A program made the position numbers and the translations under genes. This document shows positions 1 through 9,855 of a stretch of 64,000 bases of DNA, in pieces; the stretch's first letter is position 1, and the number at the start of each line of letters is the position of its first letter. The DNA is from Bdellovibrionales bacterium (GTDB taxonomy: Bacteria > Bdellovibrionota > Bdellovibrionia > Bdellovibrionales > UBA1609): positions 96,001 to 160,000 of the forward strand of contig CBDHDF010000010.1 of assembly GCA_965261545.1 (NCBI GenBank), given 5' to 3'. A model generated the notes under the pieces. The model was not told where the DNA came from and ran no database searches. It saw nothing but the letters and a program-made list of their open reading frames with translations.

Positions 1-1153
1 TTTCTAAAACAAAATATTCATTCTCCTTTTTAATCTTAAAAAATTTCTTTTGAACTCCGAAAGTATCATTTATATAGGTGCGACAAGAAGATTCATCTTG
101 AAACGTCTTCTGATAGAAAATATTTTCAAATTCATATATCTTTGCAAGAAATTTAGACTCTTGTTGAGTTCTTTTTTTCTTGTCCAAATATAGGTGGGCT
201 ACACAATCTACCTTCCCTATTTTTATCTTCTTTTGAGCATACCAAAAAGAATCTCCATGGAAAAGAAAGGCTGAAGCTGGAGACAGAAGATCATAAGATA
301 ATGAATCTACAATTTCTTTGGAAATACTTGGAGTAAAACTCATGGGAATAATATAAGATAAACTCTTCTCATCCAAATTTTTAATATTCTCCTGGCTATA
401 AAATCCTTTGTCTAAAACCAGACATTTTAAACTTATTTTGTATTCTTCAGTTAAAGTAATAATATTATTCAAAGTGGTCACGTCGTTAATACTCCCCGGA
501 TATATTCTATAACTAATGGGAAGGCTTACACTCTTAGATTTCGGATCTGTTCTCATGTCTTGACTGAGAATTCCCAAATTAATCTGATCTAGATTATCGC
601 CATCTCTATTATAACCTCTCTCCAAGAAATCATTTCCAGAACCATAAGAAGAAATAGACGTGATGTCAAACATTACGGCCTGAGAGGAAGACTTGTTTCT
701 TTTGATCCATTCAACAAAAAAATCCTCAATTGCCTCTTCATCTCTACCAATTATAGATAAAAATTTACTTATTGATCGTGAATCTAAGCTATTCTTCTCG
801 GAAACATAGGACCCTTCACACCATAATGGATACAAATAATAAGGCTCTTTTTTAATGACTTTGAAGAAAGACAAATAAAGGATCTTTTCATAATCTTCTG
901 GAAAGGCTTCTTTAAGTACTTGTACTAAATTTAATCTTTTGCTAATCTTTTTTAACAAGTGAAGAGAACCAACATCCTGAGAACTTGTGGGGGTGGAGGA
1001 TCGAACGGCAGGAATAAGTTCACCCGTAGCCTGATCCTTCTTACCAAGGTAAACCCTTTTCTGACGAGGCTGCTTTTTCTCTTTATCCCAATAGCTGGTG
1101 GTCCTATAAAGGTAAGTCTGGCCCTTGATTTTTTGCTCATATATGAAAGACAT
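1..1153 (-). CDS. IS1634-family transposase, 5' part (runs off window edge; not in ORF track)
   Basis: Manual translation from ATG at 1153: MSFIYEQKIKGQTYLY...SYWDKEKKQPRQKRVYLGK...FDITSISSY...GYNRDGDNLDQINLG...YPGSINDVTTL...LDKGFYS. IS-end-like sequence ...gggatttcagg at about 1257-1283. Confidence 0.85.
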   Translation of the reverse strand, partial: MSFIYEQKIKGQTYLYRTTSYWDKEKKQPRQKRVYLGKKDQATGELIPAVRSSTPTSSQDVGSLHLLKKISKRLNLVQVLKEAFPEDYEKILYLSFFKVIKKEPYYLYPLWCEGSYVSEKNSLDSRSISKFLSIIGRDEEAIEDFFVEWIKRNKSSSQAVMFDITSISSYGSGNDFLERGYNRDGDNLDQINLGILSQDMRTDPKSKSVSLPISYRIYPGSINDVTTLNNIITLTEEYKISLKCLVLDKGFYSQENIKNLDEKSLSYIIPMSFTPSISKEIVDSLSYDLLSPASAFLFHGDSFWYAQKKIKIGKVDCVAHLYLDKKKRTQQESKFLAKIYEFENIFYQKTFQDESSCRTYINDTFGVQKKFFKIKKENEYFVLE

Positions 1154-1611
1154 AGTTATAATTATAACTATGTTTGCGCCGCATTAACAATATTTAAAGA
1201 ATATAAAAACACGATACATTCGATCTGAAGAAGAAATCTAGCCTTTAGACTAGGACCTAGTTATAACTTCGGGGGATTTCAGGTTCCTAGACTATGTGGA
1301 TTGTCCGAGAAAAGGTCGAAGGCAGTTCAACCCTGGAGGCCCCACAACCTCAGTTATGGTCACCAATGATGTCAAAAGAGAGCTTCAAGTGGACTTGAAG
1401 GTTACCAGAGAATGAGGTGATAAGTTTGGACGTTATCCATGGTGCCTCTCGCTTCTCTCATAACGAGAGGCACTACATAGTTGTTGGCCTCTTCATCGAA
1501 GAGGGTAGAGATCACGCTCTTTCCATAAATATGAAGTTGTGATACGTTACTTTATTTAGATCAACTTTTCTTACTTTCTGTTAACCATGTTCAAATTTAA
1601 GAGTGCGTTAA

Positions 1612-1701
1612 GGAGCTGTAGGAAAATAACTTGAAATAATTAAGGGCCAGTCCCTTTACTCAAAAACCAAAAAGTATTTCAAGTTATTTTCCTACACCTC
1701 C
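1612..1701. mobile_element. 90-bp MITE-like element
   Basis: 27-bp inverted repeats with 1 mismatch (ggagctgtaggaaaataacttgaaata / tatttcaagttattttcctacacctcc), flanked by TAA direct repeats. Confidence 0.7.
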
Positions 1702-1788
1702 TAAGTGTTGATTTTTAGGTAGTTGATCAAATTATCGTGACAATGATAAGGCTTGGTCAAGAGAAAGTAATAAAGTCACATGAAACCC

Positions 1789-2079
1789 TCATTTATTAAG
1801 TCGCCTTTCTAAATCCTCAATCTTTTCTTTTTCTTCTAGTGACTTTCTTTTAAGAAAAAAATATGTCCAGGAATTCTTACGGTTAAAAAAATAATGTAAA
1901 GAATAGAAACAACTTAAAATACCATGTAAGAATATCCAAACTGCAATCATCAAATCGCCAGATGTTGTTGGAGTTTGAGTTATAAATAGAGATACCACAA
2001 ATATAGTAAAAAACACACTAGATAAGAAAAATATAGTACTGAATACAATTTTTCCTTCATAAAGTATGATAGACTTCAT
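1789..2079 (-). CDS. Small two-TM membrane protein downstream of herA
   Basis: Two hydrophobic segments and a charged C-terminal tail; starts 17 bp after the herA stop with an AGGGAG RBS. Confidence 0.65.
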   Translation of the reverse strand: MKSIILYEGKIVFSTIFFLSSVFFTIFVVSLFITQTPTTSGDLMIAVWIFLHGILSCFYSLHYFFNRKNSWTYFFLKRKSLEEKEKIEDLERRLNK

Positions 2080-2096
2080 TTCTTTGATACTCCCTT

Positions 2097-3986
2097 CTAT
2101 TTATCTTCTTCTAAATTGCCCTTCCAATTTATGATTAGATCTATTGTTTTGTTATCAGGTGCATGTTTCTCTGGCTCCATCTTTGCAATATCAACAACAA
2201 CTGGCACCTGTGCTAATAGGCCAGCTAAAATACAAGTCCCAGTTGGCAATATTGGTAAGTAATCAAAGGAAACCCTATCAAGATATGAAATTGTCTTTCT
2301 TACTGCTTCAATATCTTTATCATTAATCAATCTATGCAAAAAATAATTGTGGAGTTGAGATATTATAGTTGCTGAAATATCCGCAGGGCGCTGACTTGAA
2401 ATTGTTAAGAAGACTCCAAATTTTCTTCCTTCCTTGATAATTTCCTCGAAAGTTTCTAATCTATAATCTTTCCATACTTCACTCTCCCTGTCAGATGAAT
2501 CAGAAAGAATATTATGAGCTTCATCAATAATAAAATTTAATAACTTTTCTTTTTTATTTTCTTTCTTTTGATCATCATATAATTGCTTGCATATCAAAAG
2601 AGGAAGAATTTTCTTCATATCAATATTAGTATTCTTCATAGAAATAACTGTAAAAAATGATTTTAGCCCATTATTATCATGGTCAATTGTAATTACCTTT
2701 TTAAGATCATTAATTCTTTTTTCAAGCCTCTTAATTAAAGGTGAAAGGTGTTCTTGATTGCTGTAGCCTTTTACAATATCACTATAATAATAATAAATTA
2801 TTTTAATATGTATCTTATCAAATTCATCTAAGTTCTTAAGTTTGTAGCCTTCTTCTTTAATTCCAAGTATGCATTTGATTTTATTTAAGAACACCTCCAA
2901 TGAATCTGCATATGTTTTATATTTATCTATCTCTATATAGTAGGAATTATGTTTTTTGTTAAGTTTTAAATGTTCTCTTAATTTATTAAGATGAATATTT
3001 TTATGTAAAAAATACTCCATTTCTTTTAAAAAATTAAAAATAATTCCTTTGTCAATATTTTTGTCTTCATTTGTCGTGATTTCTCTTATTATATCTTCAA
3101 TATCTGAATCATCAACATCTTTCTTTTCTAGAGTTCTCTTTAAAAATGGTGCTTGAGTTTTTTCTGTTGCTGTTAAAAAAACAGACCAGAACACGGAATC
3201 CCTTATGACGCCTATCTTAAGAGGAAATTTGCGATATTCTACTGGTTTATTTTTTGTAGATAAATTAAATCGTTCTGCATATATAATCTCATTATTATCC
3301 ATGCTTTTATTAGAAATGACTGCATTATCATTAATGTATTCTCCATTAAAATCAATAAGAATGAATTGAGAGTTATCTCTAAATTTTTCGTTATTTTTAT
3401 ACCTTTCAAATAATTCTCTATAGATTTTTGCAAGAGTATAAGATTTTCCACTACCAGTATTTCCAAATACTCCAATATGACTAGCAAATAAACTATTTAT
3501 ACCAACACTTATTGATTGACCTTCTTCAAAAGACAAGGATCCAATAGTTATTGGCTCATCCCCATCTTTTATAAACTTATGTATATTACTGAATTCATCT
3601 TTTTCTAAGAGAAAACATTCATTTCCGATTAATGGCAGTTCTTTGATGCCTCTCTCAAAACCTCTTGAACCAAAGAATCCTAAGAGACTAACATTCAAAA
3701 TACGATTTATCTTTTCTTTTTCATTTCTATATTCTTTTTTTGAAAATTTGTCTTCGTCGATATACTCACCCTCAATTTTTCCTATAATCTTTGTAAAACC
3801 CTTTAGAATTTTTACATAACCACCAACAGAGATATTTTTTAATAAACTATTCTTGTAAATAATATGAGATGTATTCTTACTCTTATCGACCTTAATATCT
3901 ATAAATCTTCCTTTGACAGAAATTACTTCTCCTATTTTAAAAATAGAATCCTTTAGGATAAAATTATTATTAATTTTATTTTCCAT
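2097..3986 (-). CDS. herA: HerA/DUF87 ATPase of a SIR2-HerA anti-phage system
   Basis: N-terminal HAS-barrel-like region, Walker A GNTGSGKS, Walker B FIIDEAH, KEGRKFG and SQRP motifs; overlaps the SIR2 gene. Confidence 0.9.
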   Translation of the reverse strand: MENKINNNFILKDSIFKIGEVISVKGRFIDIKVDKSKNTSHIIYKNSLLKNISVGGYVKILKGFTKIIGKIEGEYIDEDKFSKKEYRNEKEKINRILNVSLLGFFGSRGFERGIKELPLIGNECFLLEKDEFSNIHKFIKDGDEPITIGSLSFEEGQSISVGINSLFASHIGVFGNTGSGKSYTLAKIYRELFERYKNNEKFRDNSQFILIDFNGEYINDNAVISNKSMDNNEIIYAERFNLSTKNKPVEYRKFPLKIGVIRDSVFWSVFLTATEKTQAPFLKRTLEKKDVDDSDIEDIIREITTNEDKNIDKGIIFNFLKEMEYFLHKNIHLNKLREHLKLNKKHNSYYIEIDKYKTYADSLEVFLNKIKCILGIKEEGYKLKNLDEFDKIHIKIIYYYYSDIVKGYSNQEHLSPLIKRLEKRINDLKKVITIDHDNNGLKSFFTVISMKNTNIDMKKILPLLICKQLYDDQKKENKKEKLLNFIIDEAHNILSDSSDRESEVWKDYRLETFEEIIKEGRKFGVFLTISSQRPADISATIISQLHNYFLHRLINDKDIEAVRKTISYLDRVSFDYLPILPTGTCILAGLLAQVPVVVDIAKMEPEKHAPDNKTIDLIINWKGNLEEDK

Positions 3987-5123
3987 TTTTTTTATTTATT
4001 TCATCCAATAATTTTCCAAATAGTTTATTTATATTTTTAAAATTATATTCTTTACAAGATTCTTCTTTTGAGTTATCTATTTCATTAGAAATGTATCGAA
4101 TATTTTCATTGTTCGGGTGAGATTTTTCTAATTCTTTACGTATACTTTTTTCAGATTCTTGATTATACGGAAGAATATAAATTCCAAGGGTTGGATTTGA
4201 GTTGGCAGCTCTTACAGTTACTTCCCTAATATGTTCATCAGAAAATGAAAATCCCATTACAAATAGTGCTGTATTCTCTTTCTCTAATTCACTTGAATAA
4301 ATTCTTAAAAGCTCGTAATAATTTTTATTCAAAACTGCTGTCTTAAATTTTTCTTCCGTAGGATTTATAATTAAAAGGTTTTCCTCATATTTGTTAATAA
4401 ATTTGTCGCATATCTTGTGTTTATTTCCATAATCTTTAAGATTATTTATCGATTCGAGATTTCGATCGAATAAAATATTTTCTTCATTCGATCCTTTCGT
4501 CCACGTTAATGATCCATGAAGTTTTATTAGATTAAAAACCGGAAGCTCGTAAGTATTATCATAATGTAAACTTTTTCTAAAAAAAGATCTATTGAAATTA
4601 CTCAATTTAAATAAACGCTCAAAACTTCCACTAAATCCATCGTTGTACTCCAAATTTATATCTTCCAATGATTTTTCAAAAAGATATCAAAATTTGTTGT
4701 AAATATATTTATTTGTTTACTTAAAATAGAATTTTTTCTGTTTAAAATAATAGTATTTATTTTTTTTAGAAACGTCTTGTAATTATCTAATATTTCTGAT
4801 GGATCTGATCTCTCGCTACCATCGTTCATTGCAGTGAATTCTCCAGAAGTCATTCCCTGAGAAGGAGATGTATTCTCTTTTTGACCGAATCGTAAGATCT
4901 CAATATTCTTACTTATTACTTTATCAAAAAAATCTTTGTAAATTTCATATTTTTTATGGCGATCTGGATTTTTTTCTTTTGAAAGTTCTTTTAATTCATT
5001 CTCTGTGTTCCCAAGTAATTGAAGAAAAGGAGTAGATAAGCCGGAACCAACTAGAAAATTGATGTTACAATCTTGAAAGATATATTCTAATTCACTGAAT
5101 AATGGTAGTTTATTATCTTTCAT
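3976..5123 (-). pseudogene. SIR2-family protein (SIR2_2-like), split by a 1-nt frameshift at about 4678-4682
   Basis: NFLVGSGLS and IFTTNFD in ORF 4656-5123; YNDGF, KLHGS, GFSFSDEHI in ORF 3976-4668. One extra T in the T5 run gives a continuous IFFEKSLEDINLEYNDGF. Confidence 0.85.
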
Positions 5124-5702
5124 AATATTTCTTACTCATTTTTATACACTTAGATAAGATATCTAAACATAATAGGTAAATCTGAAATCTTAGATAGGAA
5201 TTACCTAGTTTCTATCGACGTTTATAAAAATAAACAGTAGTTTAAGTTTTTGTCACAAAGAAAACTAGACCAATGGGCAGAGATCAGGAAACGCAAATAT
5301 AATGGACCTATGAAAGTAAATCTTGGATACGAAGAGTACTCGCTACCCAACAAATGGATGGATCAAAACCCGCACGCTATCGAAACCATCGATGAGAAAG
5401 CTGAGAGGCGGCTTCCTAAAACAGGCATTTCCATTTCTGGAGCCGAAACCGGATGTAAGTCGCACCTACCTCACCTTTCTTATCTTCGCCCTTAGCTTGA
5501 TTTGGTTTTGCGAGCCGACAAGAAAGAAGTCTGTGGTAATGATGACAACAAGAAGCACGCTGACTGATTTGTTTGATTCCATAACCCCCAATGGGAGTAT
5601 TACAAAATCTCACTGCAAAGTCCGGAGGGCCTCTACTCTGTAAGCCTTGAGTCACCGATTTCATTTTAATGAGGCTCATACAAAGCAAAGCAGGCAACCC
5701 AG

Positions 5703-5945
5703 ATCTTGTTATAAACTCCATCCATCTTGTTACAAAATCCCGCTGTAACAAGGGGCCTCCACTCCGTGAGTCATGAGCACAGGATGAGTTGCCGGCCTCG
5801 ATTCATACGGCCCGAGAGGCCCATCCATTTCACTTCAATGAGCCCCACCACCGGGGTTGAGTCGAGACAGATAATCCAAATTTTGCCCACCCCTCCGGCA
5901 AATCTTGTTACAAAATTTCTACTGTAACAAGGGGCCGTCACTCCC
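5703..5945. repeat. Duplicated palindromic motif cttgttaca-N9/10-tgtaacaag
   Basis: Copies at about 5725-5763 and 5903-5945, both followed by ggggcc..cactcc. Confidence 0.6.
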
Positions 5946-6123
5946 CCAAACAGCAAAATGGTAACAAAACCTTGGTTATTTTGAGGTTGGTTGCACGTCA
6001 TCTCTGCGTAGGTTTGAGTTGAGGGGAGGAAGAAATTCTGCCATTTTACGGGAGGGTGGCCCTTCAAAGTTAAGTGATTATAGGGCCTTGATTCTCTTAA
6101 CTTGCCTTGTTGGAGGCATCTCG

Positions 6124-6162
6124 GCGCACTAGGTACTCAGGATTTTAAGTCCTGCGTGTCTA
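6124..6162 (-). pseudogene. tRNA-Leu(TAA) internal fragment (att-like remnant)
   Basis: Reverse strand TAGACACG-CAGGA-CTTAAAA-TCCTG-AGTACCTAGTGC: D-arm end, perfect anticodon stem-loop and start of a variable arm. No acceptor stem or T-arm. Confidence 0.7.
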
Positions 6163-6273
6163 AAGACAAATTTCTCCAACAGATGAAAGGTTAATTTTGA
6201 TAACATTTTGTAATCATTAACCTTTGAAAGACGAAGCTCTCCACTAAGTCCATGAAAATTCAGCAAATACGGC

Positions 6274-6401
6274 CCTTTCTTACTTCAAGCCAACGTCAAG
6301 AAAACCTTGAAGATACGTCCAACTGACCTAGGCGTTTGTTGCGTATGTGTTGCGGAATAAGGGCAAAAATCTTGTTGCGGTCGAGAACGCAACAAGATTT
6401 A
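6274..6401 (+). repeat. 128-bp direct repeat, copy 1
   Basis: Close match to 7278-7405; contains repeated tgttgcg motifs and a cttgttgcg...cgcaacaag palindrome. Confidence 0.9.
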
Positions 6402-6511
6402 TATCAATAATGAATTCCATCGCGGCAGGCTTTTAATTAACCGCACGCGTCATTTAAGTGTTTGAAATTATTGAATATTTAGCCTATGAACTTATAATAG
6501 AGTTTTAAGGA

Positions 6512-6612
6512 TTGACTTTTTCCAACAAGTAGCCGATATATATTAAGTAACATCCCTACTTGGTTCGCTGGGTAGGTGCGAGGCGGCTGAAGGGCCGCTT
6601 TCGTTTCTTTTT
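6512..6612 (+). promoter_or_regulatory. Putative promoter and two-hairpin leader/terminator ahead of the NYN gene
   Basis: TTGACT at 6512 and an AT-rich -10-like region; hairpin 6555-6576 with a UUCG loop; GC-rich hairpin 6579-6603 followed by a U-tract. Confidence 0.5.
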
Positions 6613-6625
6613 AAGGCTCAAAAAA

Positions 6626-7258
6626 TTGAAAACAAATGTTTACATAGACGGATTTAACCTCTACTACCGTTGTTTAAGGTGGACACCTTATAAATGGCTT
6701 AATATAAAAGAACTACTAGATATAGTGCTTACAAAGTCCCATAATATTATTAAAATAAAATACTTTACAGCTCCTGTAAAGTCTTCTTCCAATGATAAAT
6801 CCAAGCCAGAGAGGCAAGCGACATACTGGCGAGCCCTTGATTCTATTCCAAATTTAGAAATTGTAAAAGGTAAATTTAAAAAAAGACAGGTTAAGGGACG
6901 TCTTCTTCAATCAACAGTAAAAGAGCTTCAAAAAGGAAGTATTGTAAGTGTTGAGAAATATGAGGAAAAAGAATCCGATGTTAATATAGCTTCTCATATT
7001 CTTTTTGATTGTTGTAAAGCAGATTTAGATTCCATCATTCTTTTGTCAAATGACACAGATCTAAAAACTCCTTTGCATTTTGCGCGGAAGAATTTTAAAA
7101 AGAAGGTAGGTATTATCTCTCCGACAAAAGAAAAAAATGAAATACATCAGGACCTAAAAAAAGTATCACATTTCTCCGTCAATATTACAGATGAATTGTT
7201 AAAACAATGTCAATTTTCTGCAGTTGTTAATAAGATTAGAAAACCAGTATCTTGGTAA
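6626..7258 (+). CDS. NYN-domain (PIN/LabA-like) ribonuclease
   Basis: VYIDGFNLYY, IKYFTA, EEKESDVNIA and LLSNDTDL motifs; TTG start at 6626 preferred over 6560. Confidence 0.9.
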   Translation: MKTNVYIDGFNLYYRCLRWTPYKWLNIKELLDIVLTKSHNIIKIKYFTAPVKSSSNDKSKPERQATYWRALDSIPNLEIVKGKFKKRQVKGRLLQSTVKELQKGSIVSVEKYEEKESDVNIASHILFDCCKADLDSIILLSNDTDLKTPLHFARKNFKKKVGIISPTKEKNEIHQDLKKVSHFSVNITDELLKQCQFSAVVNKIRKPVSW

Positions 7259-7277
7259 TAATGGCGGGGGGAACAGT

Positions 7278-7405
7278 CCTTTCTTACTTCAAACCAACTC
7301 AAGAAAGCCTTGAAGATACATCCAACTGACCTAGGCGTTTGTTGCATATGTGTTGCGGAATCAAGGGCAAAAGTCTTGTCGCGACCGAGAACGCAACAAG
7401 ATTTA
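7278..7405 (+). repeat. 128-bp direct repeat, copy 2
   Basis: Close match to 6274-6401. Confidence 0.9.
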
Positions 7406-7517
7406 CTCGCTATGTTCCAGCTTCCTGTAAGTTACATTTCCTAGATTCGTGAAATCCAGTCAGGGGTTTGGATGAGGTTGGTCACAGGCGGCAGCATGCT
7501 GCCAAAGCCCCTTAGCA

Positions 7518-8126
7518 TTAGGGTTGAGCAAATAAATGAGGGCATTGAGATTTAAGTGATTCGTAACCTGCTACTATTTGGTTGGTTGCAGAATCCTCCG
7601 CCAAGTTTTGGCAGCAAGGATTTGTAGCAATTATTTCCAAGTCTGAAGACCCTTCTTTGGACATAGTTGGATTGAGGAATATAAACCAATAATAACATAT
7701 GTTCATTGCCTTAGTGGTTTTTTCAAACACTAATGTGTAGTTCCTGATTGTAGTTATGATACGGTTTGCACACTCTTCCCTACTAAATTCACAAGTGTCA
7801 TTATGGTCCTTATCAGCATGTTTGAAAAAATTTTGTGTTTTATTTAGATATTTAAAAACTTCTTTTTGGTCTTCTTTTTTGAAACGCATACTCAACTCCT
7901 CATTCCATGAGGAGTGAACATTGCTCGGAGCTTTCGATCGCTCAAGTTGCCGATTTAAAATTTCTGTGCGATTATTCTTGTATATCCCTTCAAGAATACC
8001 ATAAGCGGCACCGGACAGTGTGTGTGCAGAAATCAAACTTTGATTCTCAAAAAATAGCTTGATCGCTGTCTCCAACTGCTGTGTCGCAGCTTCTTGTTTG
8101 GTCACTTTCATACTTTCTTCGATCAT
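7518..8126 (-). CDS. Hypothetical protein
   Basis: 202-aa ORF with an AGGAG RBS upstream; no motif recognised with confidence. Confidence 0.7.
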   Translation of the reverse strand: MIEESMKVTKQEAATQQLETAIKLFFENQSLISAHTLSGAAYGILEGIYKNNRTEILNRQLERSKAPSNVHSSWNEELSMRFKKEDQKEVFKYLNKTQNFFKHADKDHNDTCEFSREECANRIITTIRNYTLVFEKTTKAMNICYYWFIFLNPTMSKEGSSDLEIIATNPCCQNLAEDSATNQIVAGYESLKSQCPHLFAQP

Positions 8127-8200
8127 CGTCTTACTTCTCCTTTAAACCTCTTATAATAGAAAAGAGTATTCTTGGCAAATCCCGAGTTTGACAGCAGCAT

Positions 8201-9691
8201 CGTATTGGGTCATAAGTAAACGACACCAAGGAGCGGTTTGTCATTTTGCTCATCTTATGCCACCTCCTTGATATTTTCCTGTCGTACTAATTTGAAAAAC
8301 TCTTTAAGTTTTAGTTCAAGTCCCCTCTTTAGCTCAAAGGGGTTGAGTTCAGCTTTACGCCTCCTCAGTGCTTCATCCTCCTCATGGTTTAATACCCCAC
8401 TTTCAATAACTCTCTGATAGGGAGTCTTAGGGGTGCCATACTTTTTCTTGATTCTGGCTCCCACTCGTACCTTTTCCTGAAGTTTAAATGTGGGGAGAAA
8501 GAAGTTCTGGAGGGGACTCCAGTGGTTTTTATAAATGTCATTCATTAAAGGAACTAGCCTTGGATCTTCAAACCTCTCATAGCCAAACAATTCTCTGACG
8601 TGGGTGAAGTTTTTTTGCTCAATGTAGCAGTTGTCATTCTTTTTGTAGGGGCGAGAACGAGTGAACTTGATGTTAGATAATTGGGTGAATTGAAGGACAG
8701 GCTTGTTTAAGAACTCACTTCCTGAGTCTGAGTTCATGGCCAGTAGTTTAAAAGGTATAGCTTGGTTAATGTTGTTGATTTGCCTTCTCACCTCCGTCCC
8801 TTTCTTGGTAAACATAGCCCGACACTCTGTCCATGTGGTGTTAATGTCGGTCACTGTAAGAGAGCTGATAAAAGGGCCTTGGGCACTCGTTCCACAGTGA
8901 GCAACCGTATCTGTTTGTATATAACCAGGCCTTGTGACCTTGGAGTCCAGTGTATTGATGGGAACCTTATTTTTCATATATTGGGCAGGACAGGTTGTGG
9001 ACAATCCCTTAGAGACCACTGAAGCCAAGCGAATTTCCTTCAGATAACGCTTCAAGGTGCTGGCACTCATTTTTTCTAACTGAAGCTTTAAGTGGGGAGG
9101 ACACGACTCATAATTGGGGAGCCAATCCGGTAGAGCGGCTTTTATTCGTACAGCCGAGATTTTTTCCATTTGTTCCCACAAATATTTGATGTGGGGTCGT
9201 AACTCCTCTTGAGAATAAGCCAGAGGCCTCCCTGACCGCTTGAGTGGCACAGAGCCATTATTTTGTTGAATCTCGTTTAATCTCCTTATGAGTCGCTTCC
9301 TAGAGAGGTTTGTGACCAGTTCCGCATGATCTAGCAACTCCCCTTTTTTAGCCTTAGAACTTTGTTGATATAAGCCTGAAATTGCAGTTAAGTAAGCATT
9401 AACAGCCGACTCCCTCACTGAAGACCCCCTCGTTGATTGTTTGTTTCCAAAGATCAATCTTACTGAGAGGATCAACAGAGGGGTAGCTCGGCTGATCTGT
9501 TTTAGAAGGCGTAACAACCGGTGTCTTATTGAGTGAGGGAGTCTCCTCAACGCACATTTTTGACTCAAAAAGAGAAAAGTGGGAACTCGGTGTCGGAATA
9601 ATGAGCCAGCCAGGTGGAGGACCATAACCCGGGCACCACGAAGGTGTTTTAATGTGATGCGTCTTGGTGTCGTTATTTTTGACCCAATTCG
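8201..9691 (-). mobile_element. Nested IS with rve-type DDE transposase
   Basis: IRs cgtattgggtca...cgacaccaag and cttggtgtcg...tgacccaattcg; 4-bp GCAT target duplication (8197-8200, 9692-9695). Confidence 0.85.
8255..9418 (-). CDS. rve/integrase-core DDE transposase
   Basis: PGYIQTDTVAHCG, NSDSGSEF, FTRSRPYKKNDNCYIEQKN; probable GTG start at 9418. Confidence 0.85.
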   Translation of the reverse strand: MRESAVNAYLTAISGLYQQSSKAKKGELLDHAELVTNLSRKRLIRRLNEIQQNNGSVPLKRSGRPLAYSQEELRPHIKYLWEQMEKISAVRIKAALPDWLPNYESCPPHLKLQLEKMSASTLKRYLKEIRLASVVSKGLSTTCPAQYMKNKVPINTLDSKVTRPGYIQTDTVAHCGTSAQGPFISSLTVTDINTTWTECRAMFTKKGTEVRRQINNINQAIPFKLLAMNSDSGSEFLNKPVLQFTQLSNIKFTRSRPYKKNDNCYIEQKNFTHVRELFGYERFEDPRLVPLMNDIYKNHWSPLQNFFLPTFKLQEKVRVGARIKKKYGTPKTPYQRVIESGVLNHEEDEALRRRKAELNPFELKRGLELKLKEFFKLVRQENIKEVA

Positions 9692-9855
9692 GCATCTGCG
9701 TTAAAATGCGAAATTTCCAGAAATTGGGGTTGTACTGAAATATAATGGTAGCTGCTGGAAAAATTAAAATTGACGTAAAAAAAGTGTAGAAAACAAAATA
9801 GGATTTTATCGTTTTAAATATTGATATATCATAGAAATATGTAGAAAATATCCTC

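Noticed and set aside
952..1228. Short ORFs 952-1140 and 959-1228
   Set aside because: Alternative frames over the IS1634 transposase that starts at 1153.
1442..1504. Two hairpins as a possible ncRNA or retron msr-msd
   Set aside because: No reverse transcriptase in the window and no further supporting structure.
5250..6067. Overlapping short ORFs
   Set aside because: No recognisable motifs and mutually overlapping frames; cannot support a call.
6124..6162. Functional tRNA-Leu gene
   Set aside because: Acceptor stem and T-arm are absent.
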